Below, piece by piece: positions 20,262 to 30,821 of a stretch of DNA of 64,000 bases. Under the pieces are notes generated by a model. The model was not told the origin of the DNA and did not search any database. It saw nothing but the letters and a program-made list of their open reading frames with translations. The position numbers and the translations under genes were made by a program. Numbering within the stretch: the first letter of the stretch is position 1; the number at the start of each line of letters is the position of its first letter. The stretch comes from Bacteroidaceae bacterium (GTDB taxonomy: Bacteria > Bacteroidota > Bacteroidia > Bacteroidales > Bacteroidaceae), in the NCBI GenBank assembly GCA_017560125.1, contig JAFYOS010000027.1, forward strand, positions 98,472 through 162,471. Direction: 5' to 3'.

Positions 20262-20269
20262 CAAAGGTA
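20262..20269 (-). promoter_or_regulatory. Candidate -7 promoter box (TACCTTTG on the minus strand) for the SDR-ALDH genes
   Basis: Exact TAnnTTTG match 35 nt upstream of the ATG at 20227. Confidence 0.45.
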
Positions 20270-20298
20270 GTGTGAAAATGATTTAAGAAAATAATAAA

Positions 20299-20325
20299 TT
20301 GCACAAAAAGTGTTGTTTTGTGCAA
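20299..20325. promoter_or_regulatory. Operator-like inverted repeat TTGCACAAAA-N7-TTTTGTGCAA
   Basis: Perfect 10-bp arms with a 7-nt spacer, in the divergent intergenic region between the two -7 boxes. Confidence 0.3.
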
Positions 20326-20405
20326 AAAGTTTCTAAATATGATAATTTTTTTCACCTCCTTTTCTCTTTCTTTATATCTTTTCGGTCTGTTTTGTCTGTT
20401 TGTCT

Positions 20406-20413
20406 TATATTTG
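20406..20413 (+). promoter_or_regulatory. Candidate -7 promoter box (TATATTTG)
   Basis: Exact TAnnTTTG match 57 nt upstream of the ATG at 20470. Confidence 0.45.
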
Positions 20414-20469
20414 CATTTCGTAAATGTAGGTTGTTATGTCGGCCTGCCGAAAAGTAAATTTCTATAACA

Positions 20470-21282
20470 ATGGCCAAGAAAAAGAATATCACAAAAAAAA
20501 GGATCAATAAGTACAGACTGCTTGTATATATAATATTGTCGTTGGTGGGCTATTTCGTGTATCGTTGCGGCCCCACGTACACCACCGAGGCGATAGACCG
20601 CCTCGAGGTTCCTGCGCAGTCATGCGTGTCGCCCGAGCAACTTATATGTCGCGATGGCTATACATTGTCGTATAATTGTCAGCGCCTTATCCCGAACTGG
20701 GTGGCCTACGAACTGACCTCGGAAGAGACAGGCGGCGACGTGCCCCGTGCAACCCACTTCCGCACCGACCCCGACATAGCAACCATGCAGGCCGAAGTGC
20801 GCGACTACACAAATTCGGGCTGGGACAAGGGTCATATGGCTCCTGCCGCCGATATGAAATGGTCGGGTGAGGTAATGGACGAGTGCTTTTATCTCAGCAA
20901 CATCTGTCCGCAGGATCATAAGCTGAACACCGGTGTGTGGAAAAGCCTCGAAGAGAAGTGCCGCGAGTATGCCCGTTATTTCGGCAATATTTACATTGTG
21001 TGCGGTCCGGTGGTGAAAAATAACCAATATGGCACCATTGGCGACAATGGCGTCATGGTGCCCGATGGCTTTTTCAAGGTGCTGTTGGCACCTTATTATG
21101 GAAAATATTCGGCCATAGGTTTTCTTTTCGATAACAAGAAGGGTGGCAAGAAATTTATGGAGCACGCCGTCACCATCGACGAAGTGGAGCGCGTTACGGG
21201 TATAGATTTCTTCCCTCTGCTGCCCGACGAAGTGGAACAGGCGGTCGAGGCCAAGGTTGACGAGAGCGTGTGGAATATATGA
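20470..21282 (+). CDS. DNA/RNA non-specific endonuclease (NucA/EndoG family), membrane anchored
   Basis: 270 aa. N-terminal basic stretch plus a TM helix. The active-site block SGWDKGHMAPAADM corresponds to the DRGH motif, and an NICPQ block is present. Confidence 0.85.
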   Translation: MAKKKNITKKRINKYRLLVYIILSLVGYFVYRCGPTYTTEAIDRLEVPAQSCVSPEQLICRDGYTLSYNCQRLIPNWVAYELTSEETGGDVPRATHFRTDPDIATMQAEVRDYTNSGWDKGHMAPAADMKWSGEVMDECFYLSNICPQDHKLNTGVWKSLEEKCREYARYFGNIYIVCGPVVKNNQYGTIGDNGVMVPDGFFKVLLAPYYGKYSAIGFLFDNKKGGKKFMEHAVTIDEVERVTGIDFFPLLPDEVEQAVEAKVDESVWNI

Positions 21283-21422
21283 TGTTACCAAGGGGCGGCA
21301 TGCAAATAATGATGCAAGAAATAGTTGGTAATGAAAATCTTTTGCTATATTCGAGCAGGCAAACCAAATGGCTCGGGCAATGTGGTTTTCTTGCCGTTTA
21401 TCTATGAAACGAACAGAATGCT

Positions 21423-23051
21423 ATGGGGATAATTGATAATATGAAATGGTTGTGGGGATGCTCGCGCGGTTTTCGTCAGCGCATCCTGTTGGGTGCTCTG
21501 TGCGGTATTCTTCGTGTGGGAGTGTCCATACTTTTTGTGTGGATTTCCAAGCTGTTGATAGATATTGCAACCGGAGAGGCCAAGGGTGACATAGCCCACA
21601 CGCTGCTCTTTATGGTGGGGTGCATCCTTTGCCAGTTGCTGCTGTCGTCGCTGAGCAATCGCATAGTTGTTCACACCGAAATAACCCTTAGCAACAAGAT
21701 GCGCGAAGGGCTGCTTGCCCACGTTCTGAAGAGCAAATGGAGTGGCCGCGAAAAATATCACACTGGCGACATCGTCAATCGTGTGGAAAATGATGTGGCT
21801 ACGGTTACTTCGCTGCTGTGTGGCACGGTGCCCGCCGTGGTTGTCACTTTGACACAGTTTTTGGCCGCAGCAATATTTTTGGCATGGCTCGATGCGCGTT
21901 TGGCGCTCATCATATTGTTCGTGATGCCTTTTGCATTGCTGTTCAGCAAATTGTATATGAAGAAAATGCGCCGTCTTACAAGCGAGATACGCGCTACGGA
22001 TAGCCGCATACAGAGCCATTTGCAAGAAAATCTGCAGCACCGCACGTTGATATCTACGCTCGAGCGCACAGCTACCGTAACGGATACCATGAGCGCGTTG
22101 CAGAGCGGATTGAAGAGCCTTGTCATGCGTCGCAATTCGTTTTCCATTTTTTCGGGCGTCATGGTGCAGGCCGGCTTCGCCTGTGGCTATGTAACAGCCT
22201 TTGCATGGGGCGTTTATGGCGTCAGCAGCGGTGCAGTTACATTTGGTATGATGACCGCCTTTCTGCAATTGGTGTCGCAGGTGCAGCGCCCTGTGGTGGA
22301 GCTCAGTCGCTATGTGCCGGCGTTTATCAATGCTTTCACTTCGGTTGACCGCATAGTAGAGGTCTATTCGTTGCCCTTGGAACAACAGGGCGAGGCGGTG
22401 GTGCTGAAGGGTGTCCCCGGGGTTTCCATTACCGACGTCACATTTGCCTATCCCGATGGCAAACGAAATGTAATAGAGGCTTTTACCCACGATTTTAAGC
22501 CCGGCAGCCTGACAGCGGTGCTTGGCGAAACGGGTAGTGGCAAGAGCACTCTTGTGCGATTGATGCTGGCCCTGTTGCTCCCCGATAAGGGCAATATAGT
22601 GCTATACGATGGGGCGCAAAGGGTTGCGGCCTCTCCGCTCACCCGCGGAAATTTTATATATGTGCCTCAGGGAAATACACTTGTGAGTGGCACGCTCAGG
22701 GATAATCTGCTGCTTGGTAACCCCGATGCTACGGATGCCCAGATGCTCGAAGCATTGCATGTGGCGGCTGCCGATTTTGTCGATGAACTGCCATTAGGGC
22801 TCGATACACCATGCGGCGAATCGGGTGCAGGATTTAGCGAGGGACAGGCGCAACGTGTGGCCATCGCTCGCGGTTTGTTGCGTCCGGGTGGCATAGTGCT
22901 GTTGGACGAGCCCACCTCGTCGCTCGACGGTGGTACGGAAAAGCTGCTGCTTGAGCGCCTTTCCAACAGGGTGAAAAACAAGACGTTTATAGTGATTACG
23001 CATCAACAGCAGACGGCGCAGTTGTGCCACTCGACGGTGAGCCTCTCTTAG
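21423..23051 (+). CDS. ABC transporter, fused permease/ATP-binding half-transporter (exporter type)
   Basis: 542 aa. Six-TM N-terminal half, Walker A GETGSGKST, signature FSEGQAQRVAIAR, Walker B IVLLDEPTSSLD. Confidence 0.85.
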   Translation: MGIIDNMKWLWGCSRGFRQRILLGALCGILRVGVSILFVWISKLLIDIATGEAKGDIAHTLLFMVGCILCQLLLSSLSNRIVVHTEITLSNKMREGLLAHVLKSKWSGREKYHTGDIVNRVENDVATVTSLLCGTVPAVVVTLTQFLAAAIFLAWLDARLALIILFVMPFALLFSKLYMKKMRRLTSEIRATDSRIQSHLQENLQHRTLISTLERTATVTDTMSALQSGLKSLVMRRNSFSIFSGVMVQAGFACGYVTAFAWGVYGVSSGAVTFGMMTAFLQLVSQVQRPVVELSRYVPAFINAFTSVDRIVEVYSLPLEQQGEAVVLKGVPGVSITDVTFAYPDGKRNVIEAFTHDFKPGSLTAVLGETGSGKSTLVRLMLALLLPDKGNIVLYDGAQRVAASPLTRGNFIYVPQGNTLVSGTLRDNLLLGNPDATDAQMLEALHVAAADFVDELPLGLDTPCGESGAGFSEGQAQRVAIARGLLRPGGIVLLDEPTSSLDGGTEKLLLERLSNRVKNKTFIVITHQQQTAQLCHSTVSLS

Positions 23052-23833
23052 CCCAGCACTACATCGAGCACCATCATTATGGCAAAGCCGAATGCAAATC
23101 CCACGGTGCCCAGGTTGCTGTGCTTGCCGGTTTGCGATGCGGGGATAAGCTCCTCGACTACCACATAGAGCATGGCGCCGGCCGAAAACGACAACAGGAA
23201 GGGCATTGCCGGCACGGTGTATTCAAGAAAAAGCAGTGTGATGGCCGCCGCAATGGGCTCCACAACGCCCGACAGCGCTCCATAGAGAAAGGTCTTTCCG
23301 CGCTTGTGTCCTTCGGCGCGAAGCGGCATCGACACGACAGCACCTTCGGGTATATTCTGAATGGCCATTCCTATGGCAAGGGCAAATGCGGCTGCAAGCG
23401 TCAGCGATGTTTCGCCGCTGTACATGCCGGCAAAAACCACTCCCACCGCCATGCCCTCGGGTATGTTGTGCAGCGTGACGGCAAGCATTAGCTTGGTCGA
23501 ACGTGTCAGCGACGAGCGCGGGCCTTCGCTTGCCCCTTCGTCTATGTGCTCGTGGGGGACAACGGTGTCGAGCAGGAACAGAAATCCCATACCACCAAGG
23601 AATCCTATCAGCACGGGTAATATTTCTACGAATTGGTCGTTCTTGACAGATAATTCCAATGCCGGTTGCAGTAGCGACCAGAATGAGGCTGCGACCATTA
23701 CGCCCGAAGCGAAGCCAAGCATGCTCTTTTGCGCGACGTCGGATATGCTTTTTCTGAAAAGAAATATGGTTGCGGCGCCGAACACCGTTCCGAAGAAGGG
23801 AATGAGAATTCCTAAAACTATATTTATATCCAT
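23048..23833 (-). CDS. ZIP-family divalent metal transporter (ZupT-like)
   Basis: HNIPEGMAVG and QNIPEG motifs with multiple TM helices. I prefer the start at M27 (MDINIVLGILIPFFG). The ORF-track start is 23911. Confidence 0.85.
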   Translation of the reverse strand: MDINIVLGILIPFFGTVFGAATIFLFRKSISDVAQKSMLGFASGVMVAASFWSLLQPALELSVKNDQFVEILPVLIGFLGGMGFLFLLDTVVPHEHIDEGASEGPRSSLTRSTKLMLAVTLHNIPEGMAVGVVFAGMYSGETSLTLAAAFALAIGMAIQNIPEGAVVSMPLRAEGHKRGKTFLYGALSGVVEPIAAAITLLFLEYTVPAMPFLLSFSAGAMLYVVVEELIPASQTGKHSNLGTVGFAFGFAIMMVLDVVLG

Positions 23834-23973
23834 GGCATTTTTCTTTCGATGTTGTTTGCGAAGATAGTTTATATTTTCGATTCGGGAAACATTATTTGCA
23901 TATTTTGGCACAGCATTGCATTTATTCTGAAATTTTTTTGATTGAAAAGCAATAGCTTCTTATTTATTATACG

Positions 23974-23981
23974 TAACTTTG
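23974..23981 (+). promoter_or_regulatory. Candidate -7 promoter box (TAACTTTG)
   Basis: Exact TAnnTTTG match 71 nt upstream of the ilvE ATG. Confidence 0.45.
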
Positions 23982-24051
23982 CGCTCTGCGAGCGCGAGAG
24001 GGTGTCGCTGCTCACTATTTTATTTTTAGAAACTAATAACTAATTTACGAT

Positions 24052-25074
24052 ATGAAAAATATTGATTGGTCGGATCTTGGATTCGGCTACATAAGAACAA
24101 ACTACAATGTTCGTTGCCGCTATCGCGACGGAAAATGGGGAGAAATGGAGATTTGCAGCGAGGAAACACTCAATATCCACATGGCTGCTACATGTTTGCA
24201 CTATGGTCAGGAGGCTTTCGAAGGCCTCAAGGCTTTCCGTTGCAAGGACGGCAAGGTACGCATCTTCCGTCTCGAGGCTAACGCCGAGCGTTTGCAGAGC
24301 ACATGCGACGGTATTCTCATGCCTCAGGTGAGCACCGAGATGTTCCGCGAAATGGTGTGCAAGGTTGTTTCGCTCAACAGCGAATTTATTCCTCCCTACG
24401 AGAGCGGCGCATCGCTCTACATCCGTCCCCTGCTCATCGGAGTAGGTGCACAGGTAGGCGTACACCCCACCGACGAGTATCTGTTCGTGATATTCGTTAC
24501 ACCCGTAGGCCCCTACTTCAAGGGCGGTTTTGCAACCAACCCCTACGTTGTCATCCGCGAGTTCGACCGTTCGGCTCCTCTTGGTACAGGTCGTTACAAG
24601 GTGGGCGGTAATTACGCTGCCAGCCTCAAGGCCAACCAGTTGGCCCACGAGAAGGGCTACTCATGCGAGTTCTACCTCGATGCAAAAGAGAAGAAATACA
24701 TCGACGAGTGTGGCGCAGCCAACTTCTTCGGTATCAAAGATAACCACTACGTTACTCCCAAATCGACATCAATCCTGCCCTCAATCACCAACCGCAGCCT
24801 CATGCAGCTTGCCGAGGATATGGGTATGATTGTTGAGCAGCGTGCAATACCCGTGGAGGAACTCGGCACATTCGAGGAGGCTGGTGCATGCGGTACAGCG
24901 GCGGTTATTTCGCCCATCGAGCGCATCGACGACCTCGAGAAGGGTACTTCGTATGTATTTGCCAAAGATGGCAAGCCCGGCCCTGTATGTACAGCGCTCT
25001 ACAACAAGCTGCGTGCAATACAGTATGGCGACGAACCCGATACACACGGATGGGTGACTGTGCTTGATATCTAA
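24052..25074 (+). CDS. ilvE: Branched-chain amino acid aminotransferase
   Basis: 340 aa class IV aminotransferase. LHYGQEAFEGLKAF, SLYIRP and GGNYAASL blocks are present. Confidence 0.9.
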   Translation: MKNIDWSDLGFGYIRTNYNVRCRYRDGKWGEMEICSEETLNIHMAATCLHYGQEAFEGLKAFRCKDGKVRIFRLEANAERLQSTCDGILMPQVSTEMFREMVCKVVSLNSEFIPPYESGASLYIRPLLIGVGAQVGVHPTDEYLFVIFVTPVGPYFKGGFATNPYVVIREFDRSAPLGTGRYKVGGNYAASLKANQLAHEKGYSCEFYLDAKEKKYIDECGAANFFGIKDNHYVTPKSTSILPSITNRSLMQLAEDMGMIVEQRAIPVEELGTFEEAGACGTAAVISPIERIDDLEKGTSYVFAKDGKPGPVCTALYNKLRAIQYGDEPDTHGWVTVLDI

Positions 25075-25085
25075 AAACATAGGCC

Positions 25086-25682
25086 ATGAGTGCAAAATAT
25101 TTTCGCAATCTTGGTTGGGCACAGCTAAGCGGCAGATGGACATCTGCTGCGCTCTTTACGCTTGTCTATATGGCTATTGCAATAGTCGCGGGTTCTGTTA
25201 CAGGTCCTTTGGCATTGCTTGTTTCATTGCTGCTGTTGCCTATGAGCTACTCATACAGCGTGGCTTTCCTCGACGACAAGCGCAATGCATCTCAGTTCAA
25301 GATAGAGCAGCTGTTCGATGGATATAAGGATTTTCTCCGTATTATGGGAACCATGCTGCTCACAGAAGTGTATATCGTTCTGTGGACATTGCTTCTTATT
25401 GTTCCCGGTGTGATAAAGGCAATCTCCTATTCGCAGACACAGTTCGTGCTGAAAGATTGTCCCGAACTGAGCTACAACGAGGCTATCGAGCGAAGCATGG
25501 CAATGATGGAGGGCCACAAGATGCAATATTTCATTTTGTCGCTCTCGTTCATTGGTTGGATTGTGCTGGCAATAATCTCATGCGGCATATTGTCGTTGTG
25601 GGTTAATCCATATATAAGTGCGACCAATGCTCATTTCTACGAGTATGTGAAAGAGGAGTACGAAAAACGAATAACAGCGTAA
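25086..25682 (+). CDS. DUF975-family membrane protein
   Basis: 198 aa. The N-terminus (A..LSGRW) and TM layout are typical of DUF975. Confidence 0.7.
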   Translation: MSAKYFRNLGWAQLSGRWTSAALFTLVYMAIAIVAGSVTGPLALLVSLLLLPMSYSYSVAFLDDKRNASQFKIEQLFDGYKDFLRIMGTMLLTEVYIVLWTLLLIVPGVIKAISYSQTQFVLKDCPELSYNEAIERSMAMMEGHKMQYFILSLSFIGWIVLAIISCGILSLWVNPYISATNAHFYEYVKEEYEKRITA

Positions 25683-25685
25683 ATC

Positions 25686-26444
25686 ATGGGCAAAGGAAAA
25701 TTGCAGAAATTCGCCGACATGCGCGAATATCCCAATGTGGTGGAGCACCACTTTTCGATAGCCGATGCAACGCCTTTTCCCATGCGTGGCAGCTGGGGCA
25801 AGGAGTTCTTCGGAAACGACAACCCCATAGTGATAGAGCTTGGTTGCGGTCGCGGTGAATATACCGTAGGGCTTGCACGCCGCTACCCCGATAAGAATTT
25901 CATTGGTGTAGATATAAAAGGTGCGCGCATGTGGACCGGTGCTACCGAGGCTATTCGCGAGGGATTGAAGAACGTGGGCTTCCTGCGTACAAACATCGAG
26001 ATTATCGACCACTTCTTCGCGCCCGGCGAGGTGAGCGAGATATGGCTCACATTCCCCGATCCGCAGATGAAGAAGCACACGAAGCGTCTGACCTCGTCGC
26101 TCTTCCTTGAGCGCTACCGCAGCATCATGGCGCCCGATGGCATTGTGCACCTGAAGAGCGACAGTAACTTCATGTTCACATATACCCGCTACATCACCGA
26201 GGTGAACAAACTGCCGGTGCTCTCGTGCATCGAGGATATTTATGCCAACGGCGAGGCCGAGGAGCCGCTCGATATCAAGACCTACTACGAGCAGCAGTGG
26301 TTGTCGCGTGGCATCAACATTAAATACATATCATTCCGTCTGCCCGCCGAGGGTGAGTTGGTGGAGCCCGATGTGGAGATTGAGCTCGACAGCTATCGCA
26401 GCTACAATCGCAGCAAGCGCAGTGGACTGCAAACAAGTAAATAA
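25686..26444 (+). CDS. trmB: tRNA (guanine46-N7)-methyltransferase
   Basis: 252 aa. [18 protein letters not shown] motif, FPDPQ.KK block. Confidence 0.9.
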   Translation: MGKGKLQKFADMREYPNVVEHHFSIADATPFPMRGSWGKEFFGNDNPIVIELGCGRGEYTVGLARRYPDKNFIGVDIKGARMWTGATEAIREGLKNVGFLRTNIEIIDHFFAPGEVSEIWLTFPDPQMKKHTKRLTSSLFLERYRSIMAPDGIVHLKSDSNFMFTYTRYITEVNKLPVLSCIEDIYANGEAEEPLDIKTYYEQQWLSRGINIKYISFRLPAEGELVEPDVEIELDSYRSYNRSKRSGLQTSK

Positions 26445-26451
26445 GAATAAT

Positions 26452-26754
26452 ATGCTTAAACATATAGTAATGTGGCGCTTCAAAGATGGCGCCGAGGGAA
26501 AAAGCCGCAAGGAACATGCGCAGTGGATGAAGGAACACCTCGAAGCACTCGTGGGTGTGGTTCCCGAGATTCGTTCGCTCGAGGTGGGTGTGAATGTAAA
26601 TCCCGCCGAGGCGTCGTACGATGCAGTGCTGGTTTCTGTCTTCGACGATTTCGAAGCCATGCAGCGCTATCAGGTGCATCCCGCACACCTCGAGGTTGCA
26701 GCCTATTGCAAGGGGGTAAGCGAGAGCCGTACAGCTGTAGATTACGAAATTTAG
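26452..26754 (+). CDS. Dabb-family stress-responsive alpha/beta-barrel protein
   Basis: 100 aa. MLKHIVMWRFK...Y..HP.H pattern. It is the internal in-frame ATG of the 26242..26754 ORF, after the trmB stop. Confidence 0.8.
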   Translation: MLKHIVMWRFKDGAEGKSRKEHAQWMKEHLEALVGVVPEIRSLEVGVNVNPAEASYDAVLVSVFDDFEAMQRYQVHPAHLEVAAYCKGVSESRTAVDYEI

Positions 26755-26781
26755 TGGCTGTTTCATTAAAAAGAAAAAAGA

Positions 26782-27885
26782 ATGGCATTATATCCTAAAT
26801 TGATACTCGATGCGCTCGAAAAGGTGCGTTACCCCGGTAACGGCAAAAACCTTGTCGAGGCAGATATGGTCGATGACAATATACGCATCGACGGTAACAA
26901 AGTGAGCTTTTCGCTCATATTCGAAAAACCCACCGATCCGTTTATCCGTTCGGTTGTGAAATCGGCCGAAACAGCGATACTTACCTATGTGGGTCCCGAG
27001 GTGGAGATTGCCGGCAATATCAGCGTTGTCAGCCGTCAACAGGCGCGTCCCGAGGTTGGCAAATTCCTTCCCCAGGTGAAAAACGTCATTGCAATTTCAT
27101 CGGGTAAGGGTGGAGTAGGCAAATCGACCGTTTCGTCGAACCTGGCGATAGCCCTCGCTCGTCTTGGATACAAAGTGGGTTTGTTGGATGCCGATATTTT
27201 CGGCCCCTCTATCCCCAAAATGTTCAAGGTGGAGGATGCACGCCCCTATAGCGAGTTCAAGGATGGTCGCGACCTCATCGTTCCCATCGAAAAATATGGC
27301 GTCAAGCTCTTGTCTATCGGTTTCTTCGTCGATCCCGACCAGGCGGTGCTCTGGCGCGGAGGTATGGCAAGCAATGCCCTCAAGCAGCTTATTGCCGATG
27401 CCGATTGGGGCGAGCTGGACTACTTCCTTATCGACCTTCCTCCCGGTACAAGCGACATACACCTGACCATCGTTCAGAGCCTTGCGCTCACCGGCGCGGT
27501 GGTTGTGACCACCCCTCAGGCGGTGTCGTTGGCTGCGGCTATCAAGGGTATGAACATGTTTATGAACGACAAGGTGAATGTGCCCATCCTCGGCCTCATC
27601 GAGAACATGGCGTGGTTCACTCCCGCCGAGCTGCCCGAGAACCGTTACTATATATTCGGTCGCGAGGGTGGTGTGAAGGTTGCCGAGCAGTATGGCGTTC
27701 CTGTGCTTGGACAGATACCCCTGGTGCAGGCTATATGCGAGTGCAGCGACAATGGCGAGCCCATTGCTTTGCGCCCCGAGACACCCGATGGCCAGGCGTT
27801 CCTTCGCCTGGCAGCGTCGCTTGCCTATCACACTGAGCGTCGAAATGACGAGCAGGAGCCTACCCGAATAGTCGATACTCATTGA
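26782..27885 (+). CDS. Mrp/NBP35-family Fe-S cluster carrier ATPase (ApbC)
   Basis: 367 aa. N-terminal DUF59-like domain, deviant Walker [11 protein letters not shown], and CxxC-like C..CD near the C-terminus. Confidence 0.9.
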   Translation: MALYPKLILDALEKVRYPGNGKNLVEADMVDDNIRIDGNKVSFSLIFEKPTDPFIRSVVKSAETAILTYVGPEVEIAGNISVVSRQQARPEVGKFLPQVKNVIAISSGKGGVGKSTVSSNLAIALARLGYKVGLLDADIFGPSIPKMFKVEDARPYSEFKDGRDLIVPIEKYGVKLLSIGFFVDPDQAVLWRGGMASNALKQLIADADWGELDYFLIDLPPGTSDIHLTIVQSLALTGAVVVTTPQAVSLAAAIKGMNMFMNDKVNVPILGLIENMAWFTPAELPENRYYIFGREGGVKVAEQYGVPVLGQIPLVQAICECSDNGEPIALRPETPDGQAFLRLAASLAYHTERRNDEQEPTRIVDTH

Positions 27886-27910
27886 TATTTCAAGTAAATC
27901 AATTTTATAT

Positions 27911-27944
27911 ACGGTGCATGCAAAATGGCGTGCACCGTTTTTTT
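27911..27944 (+). terminator. Intrinsic terminator after the mrp gene
   Basis: 8-bp stem acggtgca/tgcaccgt followed by T7. Confidence 0.6.
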
Positions 27945-28107
27945 GTATGCAAATGGCGCCATTCCACCGGTAAAATGGCATGTTTTTATGGCCACTATGC
28001 TGCTCCAAAAATCGTCTTCACGAACCTCGCGCCATAGAAATGTACCCCTTGATGAAATTTTATTGAATTTTAATCCCGCTTTTCCGAGTATATTAAATAC
28101 TATTTGT

Positions 28108-28115
28108 TAACTTTG
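28108..28115 (+). promoter_or_regulatory. Candidate -7 promoter box (TAACTTTG) for the nuo operon
   Basis: Exact TAnnTTTG match about 140 nt upstream of the nuoA ATG. Confidence 0.4.
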
Positions 28116-28253
28116 CTGTGGCGAACCATCAAATGTCTCCACGCCCGACCAATACGCCAAATGACGACAAGGCCGCCCGTGCCGGCAAGATTCTTTGCCA
28201 CATTCCTACGCAAGCGCGGGAATTTTCAATTTGCTTATTAGTCATTAAAGGAT

Positions 28254-28607
28254 ATGAGTTATTACGTATTGCTTTTTACGATGATTGTGGCGTCGTTTAT
28301 CTTTGTCGGCGTCACGATGCTTGTCGCGCGACTTATATCACCCCGTTCGTTCAATAAAAACAAGAGCGAGGCATATGAGTGCGGTATCCCCACGCAGGGA
28401 AAGACCTGGATGCAGTTCAGGGTTGGTTACTATCTGTTCGCCATTCTCTTTTTGATGTTCGACATCGAGACGGTCTTTCTGTTCCCATGGGCGACAATCG
28501 TTCACGATCTTGGAGTCGATGCGGTCTTCGGCATATCCTTCTTCCTTTTTATATTGATATTGGGCCTTGCATACGCTTGGCGCAAAAAAGCGCTTGAATG
28601 GAAATGA
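28254..28607 (+). CDS. nuoA: NADH-quinone oxidoreductase subunit A
   Basis: 117 aa with 3 TM helices. YECG and FL.FD.E..FL.PWA motifs. Confidence 0.9.
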   Translation: MSYYVLLFTMIVASFIFVGVTMLVARLISPRSFNKNKSEAYECGIPTQGKTWMQFRVGYYLFAILFLMFDIETVFLFPWATIVHDLGVDAVFGISFFLFILILGLAYAWRKKALEWK

Positions 28608-29251
28608 AAAAGCCTGTCATAAAATCTATTCCCTACGAGGAATTCAAAGATAACGAAACGCTCGAGTCTATAATCTCCGAGCTCAACAAGGAACGCACCA
28701 ACGTGGTGGTGGGAGCATTGGACGACCTTATCAACTGGGGACGAAGCAATTCCCTGTGGTCGTTGACGTTTGCTACCAGCTGCTGCGGCATCGAATTTAT
28801 GTCGGTGGGAGCCGCTCGATACGATTTTGCCCGTTTCGGCTTCGAGGTGACACGTAACTCGCCCCGTCAGGCCGACCTTATAATGGTTGCCGGTACCATC
28901 ACACACAAGATGGCTCCTGTGCTCAAACGTCTTTACGACCAGATGGCCGAGCCCAAATATGTGGTGGCTGTCGGCGGTTGTGCCATCAGTGGCGGCCCCT
29001 TCAAAAGCTCATACCATGTGCTCAATGGTGTCGATAAGATTATCCCCGTGGATGTTTATATCCCCGGTTGTCCTCCGCGCCCCGAGGCCATCCTCTATGG
29101 TATGATGCAGTTGCAGCGCAAGGTGAAGGTGGAAAAATATTTCGGTGGCGTTAATCGCCAGCAGAAGCCGGGCGAGGCTACAAGCGAGGGCCCCATCATA
29201 GTGACTAATGTTCCGCAAGAAATAACCGAAAAGAGAGAAGAACAGCAATGA
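28598..29251 (+). CDS. nuoB: NADH-quinone oxidoreductase subunit B
   Basis: Cys ligand pattern for Fe-S cluster N2 (SCCGIEF, GGCA, PGCPP). The start could instead be ATG 28604, which overlaps the nuoA stop. Confidence 0.9.
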   Translation: MEMKKPVIKSIPYEEFKDNETLESIISELNKERTNVVVGALDDLINWGRSNSLWSLTFATSCCGIEFMSVGAARYDFARFGFEVTRNSPRQADLIMVAGTITHKMAPVLKRLYDQMAEPKYVVAVGGCAISGGPFKSSYHVLNGVDKIIPVDVYIPGCPPRPEAILYGMMQLQRKVKVEKYFGGVNRQQKPGEATSEGPIIVTNVPQEITEKREEQQ

Positions 29252-30807
29252 ATATAGTCTTTATACCGTTAAACGAGTTCCGCCCCCGCATGGAGGCTCT
29301 GCGCCGCGAGAAGGGCATGGATTTTCTGCGCGACATGATTGGCATGGATTGGGGCGACGAGGGAATAGGAGCGATATACATGCTCGAGAACAGCGCTACC
29401 AAGGAGAATATAGCTGTGGCTACGCGCACCACCGACCGCGACAAGGCTGTTATTCCCACGGTGAGCGACATATGGCTCATAGCCAATATGTACGAGCGCG
29501 AGGTATTCGATTTCTTCGGAATAGTCTTTTCGGGACATCCCTTCATGCGTCGTCTTTATCTGCGCAACGACTGGGTGGGCTACCCGCTCAGAAAGGACTA
29601 CGACGAGAGCGAGGCGGTCAACCCCGTAAGGATGTTCAGTGAGAAGAACGAGGAGGACTACCTCCACACGCTTGCGCCCGATGGCAGCATAAAGCGTTCG
29701 CTCGATACGCAGTTCGATGATAAAGAGTATGTCATCAATATAGGCCCGCAGCATCCCGCCACTCACGGCGTATTGCGTTTCCGCCTGTCGCTCGAAGGCG
29801 AGTTCATACGCAAGGTCGATGTGCATTGCGGTTACATCCATCGCGGCATAGAAAAAATAAGCGAAAAATATACCTATCCACAGATACTGGCACTCACCGA
29901 TCGTCTCGACTATCTCAGCGCCCATCAGAACCGCCATGCGCTCTGCATGTGCGTCGAGAAGGCAATGGGCCTGGAGCTCACCGACCGCATTCAGTACATA
30001 CGTACCATAATGGACGAGCTGCAGCGTATAGATTCGCACCTGCTCTTCATTTCGTGTGCGGCAATGGACCTTGGAGCGCTCACCACATTCATTTACGGCT
30101 TCCGCGACCGCGAAAAAGTCCTCGACATATTCGAGGAGGTTACCGGCGGACGCCTCATACAGAACTACAATGTAATAGGTGGAGTGCAGGCCGATATTAC
30201 AGCCGGTTTTGCCGACAAGGTGAAAGCCTTCTGCAAGGATATTCTTGAAAAACTGAAAGAATATAACGACGTCTTCACCAACAATACCATCACTCGCAAG
30301 AGAATGATTGGCGTGGGTAAGCTCAGCCGCGAGGATGCCATTTCGTATGGCTGTACCGGTGGCACGGGCCGCGCCTCGGGATGGGCGTGCGACGTGCGTA
30401 AACGCCATCCGTATGCTCTGTACGACAAGGTCGAATTCAAAGAGATTCTCTACAGTAAGGGCGATTGCTACGATCGCTTCCTGTTGCGTCTCGACGAAAT
30501 AGTCGAGTCGGTACGCATCATAGAGCAGTTGATAGACAATATACCCGAGGGCGACTACAAGGTGAAGACCAAGCCGGTGATACGCATCCCCGAAGGAAGC
30601 TATCATGCAGCAGTCGAGGGTTCGCGCGGCGAGTTCGGCGTCTTCATCGAGAGCCGTGGCGATAAATCGCCCTACCGCATAAAATTCCGTCCCATGGGAT
30701 TGCCGCTCGTGGCATCAATGCACACGTTGCTCAAGGGCTGCAAGATTGCCGACCTGATGGCAATAGGCGCTACGCTCGACTATGTAATCCCCGATATTGA
30801 CCGATAA
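29248..30807 (+). CDS. nuoCD: NADH-quinone oxidoreductase fused subunit C/D
   Basis: 519 aa. NuoC-like N-terminal ~150 aa are fused to NuoD ([23 protein letters not shown]). ATGA overlap with the nuoB stop. Confidence 0.9.
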   Translation: MNIVFIPLNEFRPRMEALRREKGMDFLRDMIGMDWGDEGIGAIYMLENSATKENIAVATRTTDRDKAVIPTVSDIWLIANMYEREVFDFFGIVFSGHPFMRRLYLRNDWVGYPLRKDYDESEAVNPVRMFSEKNEEDYLHTLAPDGSIKRSLDTQFDDKEYVINIGPQHPATHGVLRFRLSLEGEFIRKVDVHCGYIHRGIEKISEKYTYPQILALTDRLDYLSAHQNRHALCMCVEKAMGLELTDRIQYIRTIMDELQRIDSHLLFISCAAMDLGALTTFIYGFRDREKVLDIFEEVTGGRLIQNYNVIGGVQADITAGFADKVKAFCKDILEKLKEYNDVFTNNTITRKRMIGVGKLSREDAISYGCTGGTGRASGWACDVRKRHPYALYDKVEFKEILYSKGDCYDRFLLRLDEIVESVRIIEQLIDNIPEGDYKVKTKPVIRIPEGSYHAAVEGSRGEFGVFIESRGDKSPYRIKFRPMGLPLVASMHTLLKGCKIADLMAIGATLDYVIPDIDR

Positions 30808-30821
30808 CAACATCTACCGAT

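Noticed and set aside
27923-27995. Four closely spaced (A)ATGGC motifs, including the 12-bp palindrome AATGGCGCCATT, upstream of the nuo promoter as a regulator binding array.
   Set aside because: The first copy is part of the mrp terminator loop. The motif is short and of low information content, and the spacing is irregular. This is insufficient support.
28118-28357. A 79-aa ORF spanning the nuoA leader and start.
   Set aside because: It is out of frame with and overlaps the clearly conserved nuoA, and its composition is not protein-like. The region is better explained as the nuo 5' UTR.
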